The position numbers were made by a program, and so were the translations under genes. 64,000 bases of DNA, taken from contig CASDWJ010000045.1 of assembly GCA_949284695.1 (NCBI GenBank), positions 41,871 through 105,870 of the forward strand. Reading direction: 5' to 3'. Shown in pieces: positions 18,488-27,583 of the stretch. Within the stretch, counting starts at the first letter, position 1; each line of letters begins with the position of its first letter. This DNA is from an uncultured Christensenella sp. (GTDB lineage Bacteria > Bacillota > Clostridia > Christensenellales > UBA3700). The notes beneath the pieces were generated by a model that was given only the letters and a program-made list of their open reading frames with translations, made no database searches and was not told the origin of the DNA.

Positions 18488-21289
18488 TCAACTGCGCTCC
18501 CATTTGTAGTGCACATATTCGTCACATAACAAATATGCCGCTTGAGCGGGGTATGACAAGTCATCAGTAAATATCTCAGCATCATCCACTTTCCAACCGT
18601 TCACATGTGCAAAATATACTTTTTTAAGTGAAATGCATCCTTTAAATGCCCAATTGCCGATACTCTTTACTCCCTCGCATATTGTGACTTCTTTAAGCGA
18701 ACTGCATCCATCAAATGCACACTCCCCGATACTTATTACCCCTTTCGGTATCGTTACCTTTTCAAGAGACGTGCAGTTATAAAATGCATATTCTCCTATA
18801 TCTGTCAGGCTGTCCGGCATTTTTATTTCTTTAAGCGAACTGCATCCATCAAATGCCCAATTGCCGATACTCTTTACTCCCTCGCATATTGTGACTTCTT
18901 TTAGCAAACTGCATCCATCAAATGCCCAATTGCCGATACTCTTTACTCCCTCGCATATTGTGACTTCTTTAAGTGAATTGCATCCGACAAATGCCCCCTT
19001 CCCGATACTTATTACCCCTTTCGGTATCGTTACCTTTTCAAGAGACGTGCAGTTATAAAAAGCATCTTTTCCTATATCTGTCAGGCTGTCCGGCATTTTT
19101 ATTTCTTTAAGCGAACTGCATCCATCAAATGCCCATCCCCCGATACTCTCAACTCCCTCGCATATTGTGACTTCTTTAAGCGAACTGCATCCATCAAATG
19201 CCCAATTGCCGATACTTATTACCCCTTTCGGTATCGTTACCTTTTCAAGAGACGTGCAGTTATAAAAAGCATCTTCTCCTATATCTGTAAGGCTGTCCGG
19301 CATTTTTATCTCTACAAGCGAACTGCATCCTTTAAATGCCCCCTTCCCGATACTTTTTACCCCTTTGGGTATCGTTACCTTTTCAAGAGACGTGCAGTTA
19401 TAAAAAGCATCTTTTCCTATATCTGTCAAGCTGTCCGGCATTTTTATCTCTTTTAGCAAACTACATCCGCTAAATGCCCACTCTCCGATACTTTTTACAC
19501 CTTCAGGAATTACGATATTTTTTACACCTGATTTTCTGATAAAAATTTTAATGATCAACGACCAATGCTCATCCCCACAATGAGAAAGCAGTTCGTCAAG
19601 TTTATCACGATCTGCGACGTCACCGAACTCGTCCAAGACTTTGTCACAGAAATATCTTGCCGTAAGATATTCTCCGTAACTTTCGTGGAAGAACTTGTTT
19701 TCCCGAAAGTTGTAGAACTCTCTGAAAACGATATACTCCGTCAATTCTTCGCCCGTTATCCTTTCCTCCGTCTTTCCATTTTCTTTTTTGAGAAGTTTGT
19801 CAAAGAATTTTTTTGCAATTTCTCTCGTCACTATTTTGCCTTTACCGACTGCAATATGCCTGTAATATGCAAACTCAGACAGCATTTTGACTATATTTGC
19901 TGACATTGCTTCCCCGAACTTCAGACTCTCGCTTTTGAACATAACGTCCGTTATATCGTCAAACATTCCGATCTCAGAATCGCTGATCTTACCTGTCATA
20001 GCATACAGAGATACGATCTGCGTCAGCATAAACGGGTTGCGTTTTATATCGTCGCCAAGACGATTGACCTGGTCTTTCAGATCATCTGAAACGTCATTTA
20101 ATTTTTTGTTCGTCAGACCTCTTTCCTCAAGCTCTCCAAACAGCTTATCGCAATATTCGCTGACATTGTCGTCGTTGAATTCTTGCAGTTCACAAACGCA
20201 AGCGCCGTAAAACATCTTTGCCGCCGTCTGTCCTCTGTCCGTAACGATTATTTTGACTTTGTTGCCGCAAAATTTCTGCAATTCTTCAATGTGTCCGACA
20301 AATGCCCGCGTGTTGTTCTGCAACGCTATTTCGTCCATAGCGTCCAATGCAATAACGACGTCGTTGCCTCTTTTTATTCTGTCATCAATGAGCGTCGCGA
20401 AATTTTCCATCGTATAGAAGGACTCGCCTATCTCGCATGTTTCGATGAATTTTTTGAAAAGATACTGCAACAGCACGGGGTATTTCTCGTTTTGAGACAC
20501 GTTAGCAATGCAATATTTAGCCGCGGCGGTACAAGTAGCCGTAAGCACCAACGCTCCGTCTATATTCTTGTATTCGTTGATGATCTGTCCGATAAAACAG
20601 CTTTTGCCGCTTCCCGCCTTGGCTGTGATAAACAATACGTGGTTATTCGTTTTATCGGCAAGATCTTTTACTCTGTCGTAAATCTCGTCTTTGTATTTAA
20701 GAGACCTCGGGATATATATTTTATCGAAATCGACCTTGGTTTTTTCGGTGTCGAGCAGATCTACGCCGAGAAGCCGCGTTATATCAATACCTCTGCCCGA
20801 AGCGGATTTGTCTGCATAGATACGGCTCATTCTGTTGACTATTAGGTCTTTGACTTTATTGAATAAACACGAAAGGTCTCCTTCGCATAATTTGTCCGGA
20901 TTGCAAAACAAACAATTTGTTTTCAATATCTCATCGACTTTTATCTCTTTAAATGCTTCTATATATTTTTTGCCCGGACAAACTATAACGGTACGGTTGG
21001 CAAAATTATTCCCGACCTTCTCTCTCCACGACCTGATCTCATTTATAACATAACTATTATCTTTTGTGAGCAGATTATCAGTCAATAACAGCAAAAACAC
21101 TCCACCCTTTTTTGCCGCTTCTTCGCTCCATTGTTCAAAATAACCGGAACAATGATCTTCTGAAAAACAAACCGTGATACCTTTTTTATTGAGAAAACGT
21201 ACTATTTGTTTTGCAGGCTTATCATCTACACCCGTCCAGCTTATAAAAACGTTTTTTTTGATAATATCTTCACGTGATTCTTCACTCAT
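18488..21289 (-). CDS. TIR-NACHT(STAND NTPase)-LRR protein; candidate bacterial NLR-like anti-phage defence protein
   Basis: aa 13-~140 are TIR-like (VFISWTG, GITVCFSED, GGVFLLLLT, SYVINEIRSW with Glu84). The NTPase has Walker A AKAGSGKS (223-230), NACHT-style Walker B VVIALDAMDE (311-320) and RNPFML (417-422). aa ~592-890 hold 13 x 23-aa BspA/LRR_5-type repeats. There is no signal peptide or TM segment. The gene is much more AT-rich than its neighbours. Confidence 0.8.
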   Translation of the reverse strand: MSEESREDIIKKNVFISWTGVDDKPAKQIVRFLNKKGITVCFSEDHCSGYFEQWSEEAAKKGGVFLLLLTDNLLTKDNSYVINEIRSWREKVGNNFANRTVIVCPGKKYIEAFKEIKVDEILKTNCLFCNPDKLCEGDLSCLFNKVKDLIVNRMSRIYADKSASGRGIDITRLLGVDLLDTEKTKVDFDKIYIPRSLKYKDEIYDRVKDLADKTNNHVLFITAKAGSGKSCFIGQIINEYKNIDGALVLTATCTAAAKYCIANVSQNEKYPVLLQYLFKKFIETCEIGESFYTMENFATLIDDRIKRGNDVVIALDAMDEIALQNNTRAFVGHIEELQKFCGNKVKIIVTDRGQTAAKMFYGACVCELQEFNDDNVSEYCDKLFGELEERGLTNKKLNDVSDDLKDQVNRLGDDIKRNPFMLTQIVSLYAMTGKISDSEIGMFDDITDVMFKSESLKFGEAMSANIVKMLSEFAYYRHIAVGKGKIVTREIAKKFFDKLLKKENGKTEERITGEELTEYIVFREFYNFRENKFFHESYGEYLTARYFCDKVLDEFGDVADRDKLDELLSHCGDEHWSLIIKIFIRKSGVKNIVIPEGVKSIGEWAFSGCSLLKEIKMPDSLTDIGKDAFYNCTSLEKVTIPKGVKSIGKGAFKGCSSLVEIKMPDSLTDIGEDAFYNCTSLEKVTIPKGVISIGNWAFDGCSSLKEVTICEGVESIGGWAFDGCSSLKEIKMPDSLTDIGKDAFYNCTSLEKVTIPKGVISIGKGAFVGCNSLKEVTICEGVKSIGNWAFDGCSLLKEVTICEGVKSIGNWAFDGCSSLKEIKMPDSLTDIGEYAFYNCTSLEKVTIPKGVISIGECAFDGCSSLKEVTICEGVKSIGNWAFKGCISLKKVYFAHVNGWKVDDAEIFTDDLSYPAQAAYLLCDEYVHYKWERS
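18620..19516 (-). repeat. Array of 13 tandem 69-nt units encoding 23-aa leucine-rich repeats, arranged in higher-order near-identical blocks
   Basis: The unit consensus is V-T-I-(P/C)-x-G-V-x-S-I-G-x-x-A-F-x-G-C-S-S-L-K-E, alternating with IKMPDSLTDIGxDAFYNCTSLEK. Units 18831-18899 and 18900-18968 differ at 2 of 69 nt. Confidence 0.9.
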
Positions 21290-21607
21290 AACACGGCTTC
21301 CTCAAACAGTTTATTATCAACAATTATATAATACCTTTATTGATATATTTTGTCAATTCAAAAGCAAAATTTAATTTCAAAGCTCGTTTTTTAATATATC
21401 CCGAAAATTAAACCAAAGCACTAAAATAAGCGCGAAAACTACTGCAAAATTGCCAAAATCTGCGTTGATTCAAGCAAAAACGCGCGTTTTGCGAAAAGAC
21501 AAAAAAAGACTCGCAAAAAACTGAATGTCACAAAAATTGCCGAAGCGACCGACGAAAACACGTTGCGAAGCGTTTTGAGCGAGAGGATTTGCGGGTAAAC
21601 GCGAAGA

Positions 21608-21646
21608 GCCTCGGGGGTAATACTCTTGCGGTATTACCGTCGAGGC
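21608..21646 (-). terminator. Strong hairpin downstream of pgi (probable terminator with a weak U-tract)
   Basis: gcctcg...ggtaatac-tcttgc-gtattacc...cgaggc, about 14 bp of pairing. It lies between the pgi stop and the upstream region of the TIR-NACHT-LRR gene. Confidence 0.45.
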
Positions 21647-21713
21647 TCGACAATGTTTAATCGTAAATCAGCCGTTCAAAACCGTGTTTGAGTCGGTCGC
21701 TTCGGCAGAAAAA

Positions 21714-23129
21714 TTAAATAATATACTTATTCAACTTCTGCGGAGCGTTGGCGAGTTCTGCCCTCTTTTCGTCGTAACCGGGACGACCGAGGAGCGCGTA
21801 GGTCGCGTTCTTGCCTTCTTCGACGCCGGGCTGGTTGAAGGTATCGATACCCATCAGCGCGCCTGCGTAAGCGGTCTTAAGCATGAAGAACATCAGGAGT
21901 TCGCCGAGCGTGAACTCGTTGAGCACGGGGAGCATGATGGTATGATTGAGTTTGCCCGCCTTGGTCAACGCGTATTCGGTCGCCTTTCTTTCTGCGGTGA
22001 TGAGTTCGCTCATCGTATGACCGCAGAGGAAGTTGACGTTGGGGAAATCCTCGCAACCGTCGGGGATCTTCACTTCTGCGCGGTAATTGTCGACGCCGAT
22101 AAAGGTGATGACCTTGTCGAACGGACCTTCTGCATACAACTGCACCTGACTGTGCTGATCTGTAACGCCGAGCGACTTGACGGGGGTCTGACCCTTATTG
22201 CAAGCGGTGCCGTCGAGGTTCTTGTTCTTGCCGAGGCTTTCCGCCCACAGCTGAGCGTACCAGTCTGCGACGAACTTGAGACCGTCTGCATACGGCATCA
22301 TGACGGAAATGTTCTTGCCTCTCTTCATCGCCATATACTGCATAAGCGCGGCGAGGAGCGCGGGGTTTTTCTTGACGTTGGGGTTGCTACACTGCTCGTC
22401 CATATAACGCGCGCCCTGCAAGAGACCCTTGATGTCGATATTGACGACCGCCGCGGGGAGCAGACCGACGGGGCAAAGCTCGCTGAATCTGCCGCCGACG
22501 CCGTCGGGGATAAAGAAGGTCTTGTAGCCCTCTTTCTGCGCGATCTTGATGAGGTTGCCGCTGTTGGCGGACGTGGTGGCTATGATGTGATCTTTAGCCT
22601 TGTCGCCCAGCTTCTTTTTGAGAATATCGTTGATGATGAGGTACTGGGTCATCGTCTCGGAAGTGCTGCCCGACTTGGTGATGACGTTGAACATGGTCTT
22701 TTCGACGTCGATGACGTCAAAGAGCGCCTGCATTCTTTCGGGGTCTACGTTGTCCTCGACGTAGAACTTGGGACCCTTGCGCTTGCGCTTGGGCAGGTCG
22801 TTGTAATGCAGGTGGCAGATAGCCTGGAACGCGGCGATGGGGCCGAGCGCACTGCCGCCGATGCCGAGCACTACGAAATATTCGAAGTTCTTGCGGATCT
22901 GCTTGGCGGTGGCGAGGATATCTTCGACGACATCGTCCTGATTGTACGGAAGCTCCGTCCAACCCATCATGCCCTTACCTCTGCCGGCGGTGACAGCCGC
23001 GAAAGCCGCCTCTACTTCTTCTACGTAAGAAGCGATCTGTCTCTCGGAAAATCCTTCGTGACCGACGGACTTACTCATCATATTGTTGAAATCCACGCGT
23101 AGTCTGAGTTCTTTTTTGTTGTAACGCAT
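21714..23129 (-). CDS. pgi: Glucose-6-phosphate isomerase
   Basis: A 471-aa Firmicute-type PGI (VVLGIGGSALGP, ITKSGSTSET, and the GVTDQHSQVQLY region). Confidence 0.92.
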   Translation of the reverse strand: MRYNKKELRLRVDFNNMMSKSVGHEGFSERQIASYVEEVEAAFAAVTAGRGKGMMGWTELPYNQDDVVEDILATAKQIRKNFEYFVVLGIGGSALGPIAAFQAICHLHYNDLPKRKRKGPKFYVEDNVDPERMQALFDVIDVEKTMFNVITKSGSTSETMTQYLIINDILKKKLGDKAKDHIIATTSANSGNLIKIAQKEGYKTFFIPDGVGGRFSELCPVGLLPAAVVNIDIKGLLQGARYMDEQCSNPNVKKNPALLAALMQYMAMKRGKNISVMMPYADGLKFVADWYAQLWAESLGKNKNLDGTACNKGQTPVKSLGVTDQHSQVQLYAEGPFDKVITFIGVDNYRAEVKIPDGCEDFPNVNFLCGHTMSELITAERKATEYALTKAGKLNHTIMLPVLNEFTLGELLMFFMLKTAYAGALMGIDTFNQPGVEEGKNATYALLGRPGYDEKRAELANAPQKLNKYII

Positions 23130-23288
23130 AAAAATCTCCTTTTGCGCAAAACGCGCACGTCATATTGTTACGGGTACGGTGACGAAATATATCTCAAAAC
23201 GTCGCAAAAACGAACGGGAAGCGGAAAAAAATCCGTTTTATATCCGTTTACGCACCAGCATTTATATTATACTAAGACAGAGCAAAAG

Positions 23289-24098
23289 TCAACGGGTTGA
23301 GGCTTTGATTTCGCACTCTTTTAAATATTCGAACGCGGCTTTCAGCTCGTTTTCGTCTTTGTAACTCCTGGTGTAGACCTCCATCAGGCAAGATCCGTCG
23401 AATCCCGCTTCGGCAAGCGCGCGGTAGAGAGAAACGAAGTCGAAAGTTCCCTTTCCCGGCAGACACAGATTGCCGTTGTCGTCGTAGTCGCAAAGGTGCA
23501 CCGTCTTGAGTCTTCCCTTCATCACGTCAAGGTAATCGCGCCAGCTTATCTCCGACTGCATCGCCTGTTTTATGTCGAGCGTCGCGCCGAGCTTCGGGCA
23601 GCGGTCTTTGATCGCCGAAAAGAAAGCGGGGTTGCAGAAGTACGCCCAGTGCACGTTTTCGTAACACAGCGTTACTCCGTATTTTTCCGCAAGGTCGCAG
23701 AGAATATTCACCCTTTGGGATATCAGATCGTAATTGAAGCTGTAACGCACGGCTTTTTTGAGCATCGTCGCGCCGTGGAAAGTGTAATTTTTCGCGCCGA
23801 TCTTATGCGCCACTCTGCAGACCGACTCGAAAGTCGCGATCGCGTCGCCGTACGCTCTGTCGTTGAGGCTGTAAAGTTCGGGCTCAAACTGATTGGTCAG
23901 TGCATGAACGGAGTGCACGCGCATACCGTCTGCGCGGGCAAGCCTTTCGGTAAGAACGTCGCCGAACGCGTCGGTATACTCGCATCGCGAAGCGAAAAAC
24001 ACTTCCGACACTTTTGCCCCGATAGAAGCTATCTCCGTCAGCGCGTCCTCGGTGTAAAGACGCGGAAAAAACGAAGCCGTAGAGATTCCTGTTTCCAT
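23289..24098 (-). CDS. Sugar phosphate isomerase/epimerase (xylose-isomerase-like TIM barrel family)
   Basis: A 269-aa protein with family-typical YENVHW and HLCDYD metal-ligand regions. Confidence 0.7.
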   Translation of the reverse strand: METGISTASFFPRLYTEDALTEIASIGAKVSEVFFASRCEYTDAFGDVLTERLARADGMRVHSVHALTNQFEPELYSLNDRAYGDAIATFESVCRVAHKIGAKNYTFHGATMLKKAVRYSFNYDLISQRVNILCDLAEKYGVTLCYENVHWAYFCNPAFFSAIKDRCPKLGATLDIKQAMQSEISWRDYLDVMKGRLKTVHLCDYDDNGNLCLPGKGTFDFVSLYRALAEAGFDGSCLMEVYTRSYKDENELKAAFEYLKECEIKASTR

Positions 24099-24253
24099 AT
24101 TATTTATTATATCATTATTAAACGTCGATGCAACAAAATTTTTTGATAAGTATCGGGTTTTGCCGCAATTTCGAGATAAATCTCTACGTTGTAACTATCA
24201 CTGTGTTTACAAAAATTTGACAATACAGTTGTAAAAATTAACTTATTCAACGA

Positions 24254-24282
24254 TTGAGTATTTTGCGCGGGTGTGCTATATT
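24254..24282 (+). promoter_or_regulatory. Candidate promoter for the MMPL transporter
   Basis: -35 TTGAGT (24254-24259), a 17-nt spacer and -10 TATATT (24277-24282). Confidence 0.4.
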
Positions 24283-24313
24283 ATATGTGTTAAAGTTTAT
24301 TGAAGGAGAGATT

Positions 24314-26977
24314 ATGGCTAAGTTTACCAGATGGCTGCTTAAATACAGATATGTCGTATTGGGCGTACTTATTCTGTTGCTTGCTCTTTCCGTTGTCGGA
24401 AGCATGCTGGTACAGAAAGAAAGCGACGTATTGTCGTATCTGGACAAAGACAGCGACACCGTCAAAGGCAAAGAAATACTCAATCAGGAATTTTCCATCG
24501 TAGGCGACTGCACGATAGGACTTTCATTCCTGACTAAAGACGAAGTTGCTGAAATCGTCGCCAAGTTTGAAGAAAACGAAAGTATAGGAAAAAAGTACAT
24601 TGATGAAAACGGCAAAAGTGTTCCTCTGCTCAGCAAGATGGTCTGGATCGGCACGTTCGACGACTTGTATGAGCTTGGCGCAGGCGGTCTTAACGTCCTC
24701 GACGTAGAGCCGATGATGCAGCTGCTCCGCAATAAATTTCAGGTCACTACGGACGGTATCGATACTTTCGTCGTAAGTCTTTATTTTGTACGTTCGGGCT
24801 CTGACAACGCCGTCATCACCGCTCTTGACGAAGCAGAAAACATTATAAGAGACACCTACGAAAAGAAAATCAACGCAGGAGAACTCAATACTACGGTTGA
24901 CAACTGCTATTATATAGGCGGTATGGCGCAGAACGCGCGCGTCCTCGTCGACAGCTCTGTCAACGATATGCCCAAATTCGTAGCGGCAGCGGTCGTCTGC
25001 GTATTCATCATACTCTTCATCTCGACCAACAGTTATCTTGAACCTGTCATCTTCCTCGCGACGCTTGGCATATCGATACTGCTCAACATGGGCACCAACC
25101 TGATCGCGGGCAACCCGATGGGTACGATCTCGACGATCACTTCGTCGTGCTCGTCAATACTTCAGCTGGCGATCTCGATGGACTACTCGATCTTCCTGAT
25201 GCACACATATTATGAAGAAAGACGCACGGGCAAAGATCCCAAAGAAGCGTTGATCGCGGCTATGCCCAAGTCACTCAAGTCGGTCATGGCGAGCGCACTG
25301 ACCACGGTGGGCGGCTTCGTTGCGCTGTTCTTCATGACTTACGGCATGGGTTACGACCTCGGATTCGTGCTTGCGAAGGGCGTGTTGCTCTCTCTGCTTG
25401 CCGTCGTATTCGTACAGCCGATTCTCATCCTGTTCTGCAAAAAGCTCATCGACAAGACGCACCACGACTGGATCGTCACCCCGAGACTCAACTTCGTCGG
25501 CAAGACGATCACCAACAAAGTTTTGTCGGTATGCGTTCTCGTGCTCTGCATAGGAATAGCGATCCCGTCGGCGATATATCAGAGCAAAGCTCCGCTCAAC
25601 TACATCACGATGACCGAAGAAACGCCGCTCGAGGAAATGAGTCTGCCTCAGCGCGAGATCACACAGCTCAACAACCAGATAATAATGTGCGTGCCAGTTG
25701 AGTACGAAAACACTACCGACGGCAATATCCTGGCAGGATCGTCATTGTCTGCGGCATACAATATAAATCTCGACAAGCAGTACGAGTTTATAGAGCGCAT
25801 ACGACTCGTAGGAACGACCACCGACTCTGAAGGCAATATCGTTGCTGACGAAAGTTACTCGCAAGTGACCGACATCTTCTCTCTCGGCACGATGATAGAC
25901 AGCGAAACGCTTGCCACTCTCAAATCCAGCAGATATTGGTCGGCTGTCTGCAATGCGCTCGAAAATCAGTTGTTCGGCAGTTTTATTTCCAACATATCCG
26001 ACAAGTCGCCCGAATCTTCGCACTATATGCTCTACACGATCAACCTCACGGGCGCGCCAGAGGACGTAGAAAGCTATGCGTCTTTGCTTAAGATAAGAGA
26101 GATCGCGACCGAAGAATTCGGATCAGGCATATATATCACGGGTCTCGTGCAGGGCGCATACGAACTTTACTCGGTCACTCCCGACGACTTCACGCTCGTC
26201 AACGTTCTCAGCGCGGTCATAGTGTTCGTGGTACTGCTCCTGACCTTCCGCAAGCCGATAATGAGCGTTATACTCCTGCTCGTCATCGAGACGGGTATCT
26301 GGGCTAACCTCACTCTCGTATATCTGATAGGAAGCAAGATCAACTTCATAGCATACCTGATAGTCAGTGCGATACAGCTGGGCGCGACGGTCGACTACGC
26401 GATCCTGTTCACGAGCAAATATTATGAAGAAAAAGAACGCTCTACCGGCATCGTCGCAATAAAGAACGCGATACACAGAGCCGCTCCCAGCGTAATAACC
26501 TCGGCGGCGATACTCATCTTCGCCTGCGTATCCGTCAACACTCTCACCTCCAACGTGATAGTCGCGCAGATAACGAGACTTATCGCGATCGGTACGGTGT
26601 TCAGCCTGATACTCGTGTTCACCCTGCTTCCCTCGATACTTTCGATCAAGGAACGCCTGACGCGCAAGATCTATATCAGACGCGGCAAGGGCGACCCGGA
26701 CGAAGGCAAGGACGACGTGCCGATATACGACAAAAAGGCGCTTGCAAAAGGTCTTTCCAAAGCGGCTAAGATCGGTCTGAAAGGCATTATAATCAGCGGA
26801 AAGCCTTGCGATAACGAGCCTGAACCTGCTACCGCAACAGCGGGAGAAGGCGCTGACGTGCAGAGCGCGGGCAACTCCTACGACGCGACATTCGGCGTAA
26901 AAGACGACGACAGCGCAAAGCCGCTCGATCCCGACAACGCTATAGACGCGAAGTTCGGAAAGGACAAAAATAAATAA
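24314..26977 (+). CDS. MMPL/RND-superfamily membrane transporter
   Basis: Two 6-TM bundles each follow a large soluble loop, which is the typical MMPL/SSD layout. ATG 24314 has a GAAGGAGAG RBS. The C-terminus is a hydrophilic tail. Confidence 0.75.
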   Translation: MAKFTRWLLKYRYVVLGVLILLLALSVVGSMLVQKESDVLSYLDKDSDTVKGKEILNQEFSIVGDCTIGLSFLTKDEVAEIVAKFEENESIGKKYIDENGKSVPLLSKMVWIGTFDDLYELGAGGLNVLDVEPMMQLLRNKFQVTTDGIDTFVVSLYFVRSGSDNAVITALDEAENIIRDTYEKKINAGELNTTVDNCYYIGGMAQNARVLVDSSVNDMPKFVAAAVVCVFIILFISTNSYLEPVIFLATLGISILLNMGTNLIAGNPMGTISTITSSCSSILQLAISMDYSIFLMHTYYEERRTGKDPKEALIAAMPKSLKSVMASALTTVGGFVALFFMTYGMGYDLGFVLAKGVLLSLLAVVFVQPILILFCKKLIDKTHHDWIVTPRLNFVGKTITNKVLSVCVLVLCIGIAIPSAIYQSKAPLNYITMTEETPLEEMSLPQREITQLNNQIIMCVPVEYENTTDGNILAGSSLSAAYNINLDKQYEFIERIRLVGTTTDSEGNIVADESYSQVTDIFSLGTMIDSETLATLKSSRYWSAVCNALENQLFGSFISNISDKSPESSHYMLYTINLTGAPEDVESYASLLKIREIATEEFGSGIYITGLVQGAYELYSVTPDDFTLVNVLSAVIVFVVLLLTFRKPIMSVILLLVIETGIWANLTLVYLIGSKINFIAYLIVSAIQLGATVDYAILFTSKYYEEKERSTGIVAIKNAIHRAAPSVITSAAILIFACVSVNTLTSNVIVAQITRLIAIGTVFSLILVFTLLPSILSIKERLTRKIYIRRGKGDPDEGKDDVPIYDKKALAKGLSKAAKIGLKGIIISGKPCDNEPEPATATAGEGADVQSAGNSYDATFGVKDDDSAKPLDPDNAIDAKFGKDKNK

Positions 26978-26999
26978 TACGTCTCGTCAAGAAATGACA

Positions 27000-27027
27000 A
27001 GCCGCTCCCCTCCGGAGCGGCTTTTTC
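27000..27027 (+). terminator. Rho-independent terminator of the MMPL gene
   Basis: Stem agccgctcc/ggagcggct followed by ttttt. Confidence 0.85.
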
Positions 27028-27532
27028 CTGCCCTTTTCGCTTGCTGAAGCGATAATTTATATCACCTTTTCAACCCGGTTGCTTTCCGCACTCTTTTCTC
27101 TCCGTATATCCTGTGATTTCAAACGCGCTTATCTGCACTTCTCGGCAGCATGCCGCACTTTGACGAGCGATTACTCCTCTCCGTATTTAATGCGCGCGCT
27201 GTCACTGGCGCATTTTCAGAGCCTTCTTGTGCGCTTCACGTTGCTCAGTCTCCTCACTTTCCTTATCTGACATGGCGGTTGTCTGTACTTCTTTTTTCTT
27301 GTCCGCATCAGCCTACCGACGCTTATTTGATCGTATCTTCTTGCTTTATATATTTTTTTATTTTGTAACTTTAAGAAAGCAACGGTATGTTCGTCGCTTA
27401 TCTGTATACTGTAAAACAAAACCCCTCTTTTGCGCCTTAAACAGCGTTGCCGAGGGGGAAGTGAACATGCTTTTGCCCCACCGCCTGTCACAGGCATCCT
27501 GAAAGCGGCGCAAAACATATATAAAAAGGCAT

Positions 27533-27577
27533 AAAAAATCCCCTCTCTATCCACATTTGAAGTCGGTAGAAAGGGGA
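27533..27577 (-). terminator. Possible terminator after ridA
   Basis: Imperfect stem tcccctctct/agaaagggga with a ~19-nt loop. The minus strand follows with tttttt. Confidence 0.35.
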
Positions 27578-27583
27578 AAATTA

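Noticed and set aside
18488-19516. A BspA-like surface adhesin or internalin interpretation of the LRR protein.
   Set aside because: The protein has no signal peptide, lipobox, TM segment or cell-wall anchor. The N-terminal two-thirds are a TIR-like domain plus a P-loop NACHT NTPase, which are cytoplasmic domains.
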